A stretch of DNA of 63,863 nucleotides, filler included, from Sandaracinaceae bacterium (lineage in GTDB: Bacteria > Myxococcota_A > Polyangia > Polyangiales > JADJQN01), in the NCBI GenBank assembly GCA_947483975.1. It is 3 parts of 3 records of this genome, joined end to end, with 100 filler letters (N's around TTAATTAATTAA, not from the genome) between each part and the next. Parts side by side here need not be neighbours in the genome. Positions count along the whole stretch, not along the records: positions 49,154 to 63,863 come from CANKOL010000104.1; 2 more parts are not named here. The stretch is one strand, 5' to 3'. Positions 63,670 through 63,863 of the stretch are shown piece by piece. The position numbers were made by a program, and so were the translations under genes. Below the pieces are notes generated by a model. It ran no database searches. It worked only from the letters and a program-made list of their open reading frames with translations, and had not been told where the DNA came from. Positions within the stretch are counted from its first letter, which is position 1; every line of letters starts with the position of its first letter.

Positions 63670-63863
63670 CCTTCTAGTCCGGGTACGACTACCGAGGAGC
63701 CGCCGCGAGAATGGCCTTCTTCAAGAGCGCTTTGACGAGCTGCAGCTTGAATTTGTTGCCCGCGGCGGCTCCTTCTAGTCCGGGTACGACTACCGAGGAG
63801 CCGCCGCGAGAATGGCCTTCTTCAAGAGCGCTTTGACGAGCTGCAGCTTGAATTTGTTGCCCG
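63670..63863. repeat. Exact 101-bp tandem direct repeat, second copy cut by window end
   Basis: 63670-63762 identical to 63771-63863. Confidence 0.95.
63790..63863 (-). CDS. 3' end of a gene, possibly a xanthine dehydrogenase family FAD-binding subunit
   Basis: GNKFKLQLVKALLKKAILAAAPR-stop resembles the N.FK...L..AI C-terminal helix of YagS/PaoB; next to Moco genes. Confidence 0.4.
   Translation of the reverse strand, partial: GNKFKLQLVKALLKKAILAAAPR

Noticed and set aside
63670..63863. Possible CRISPR array or retron msr-msd
   Set aside because: Whole unit is identical with no unique spacer, no reverse transcriptase or cas gene in view, and the minus strand reads as a gene end
55842..63863. 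Horizontally acquired island suggested by slightly more AT-rich codons
   Set aside because: Impression only; not computed, and no integrase, tRNA or flanking repeats seen

Overview
Very GC-rich bacterial DNA. Gene content (PEGA Ser/Thr kinases, Cys-rich lipoproteins, a MYXO-CTERM-like tail) suggests a myxobacterium (Myxococcota, possibly Polyangia); this is an inference. The window is three contigs (1-24481, 24582-49053, 49154-63863) joined by artificial N44-TTAATTAATTAA-N44 linkers, so adjacency across linkers is meaningless. Contig 1: lgt, folD, parBA, a complete oleABCD olefin operon, MFS, ahpC, a trans-sulfuration enzyme, a GntR/FadR-led operon ending in a GMC oxidoreductase, MATE, map, bcp and Cys-rich lipoproteins. 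Contig 2: a kinase/flippase-like/GT-C operon, a lipoprotein with six PPC-like domains and a caspase-family protease, a decayed beta-helix pseudogene, hflX, MATE, miaA, mutL with tandem repeats, a kinase, a fibrillin-like EGF-repeat lipoprotein and the start of mutS2. Contig 3: TPR protein, yhhN, msrA, a diguanylate cyclase, a 2-oxoacid oxidoreductase operon, a radical SAM gene, Moco genes and a 101-bp tandem duplication at the window edge. Most notable: (1) the oxidoreductase gamma and delta subunits are fused around a GltD/DsrL-like NADP-type flavoprotein; (2) a repeat-built relay of ATGA-coupled mini-ORFs between oleC and oleD; (3) an exported caspase-family lipoprotein; (4) recurrent leaderless-type promoters. 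No rRNA, tRNA, CRISPR array or transposase was seen.
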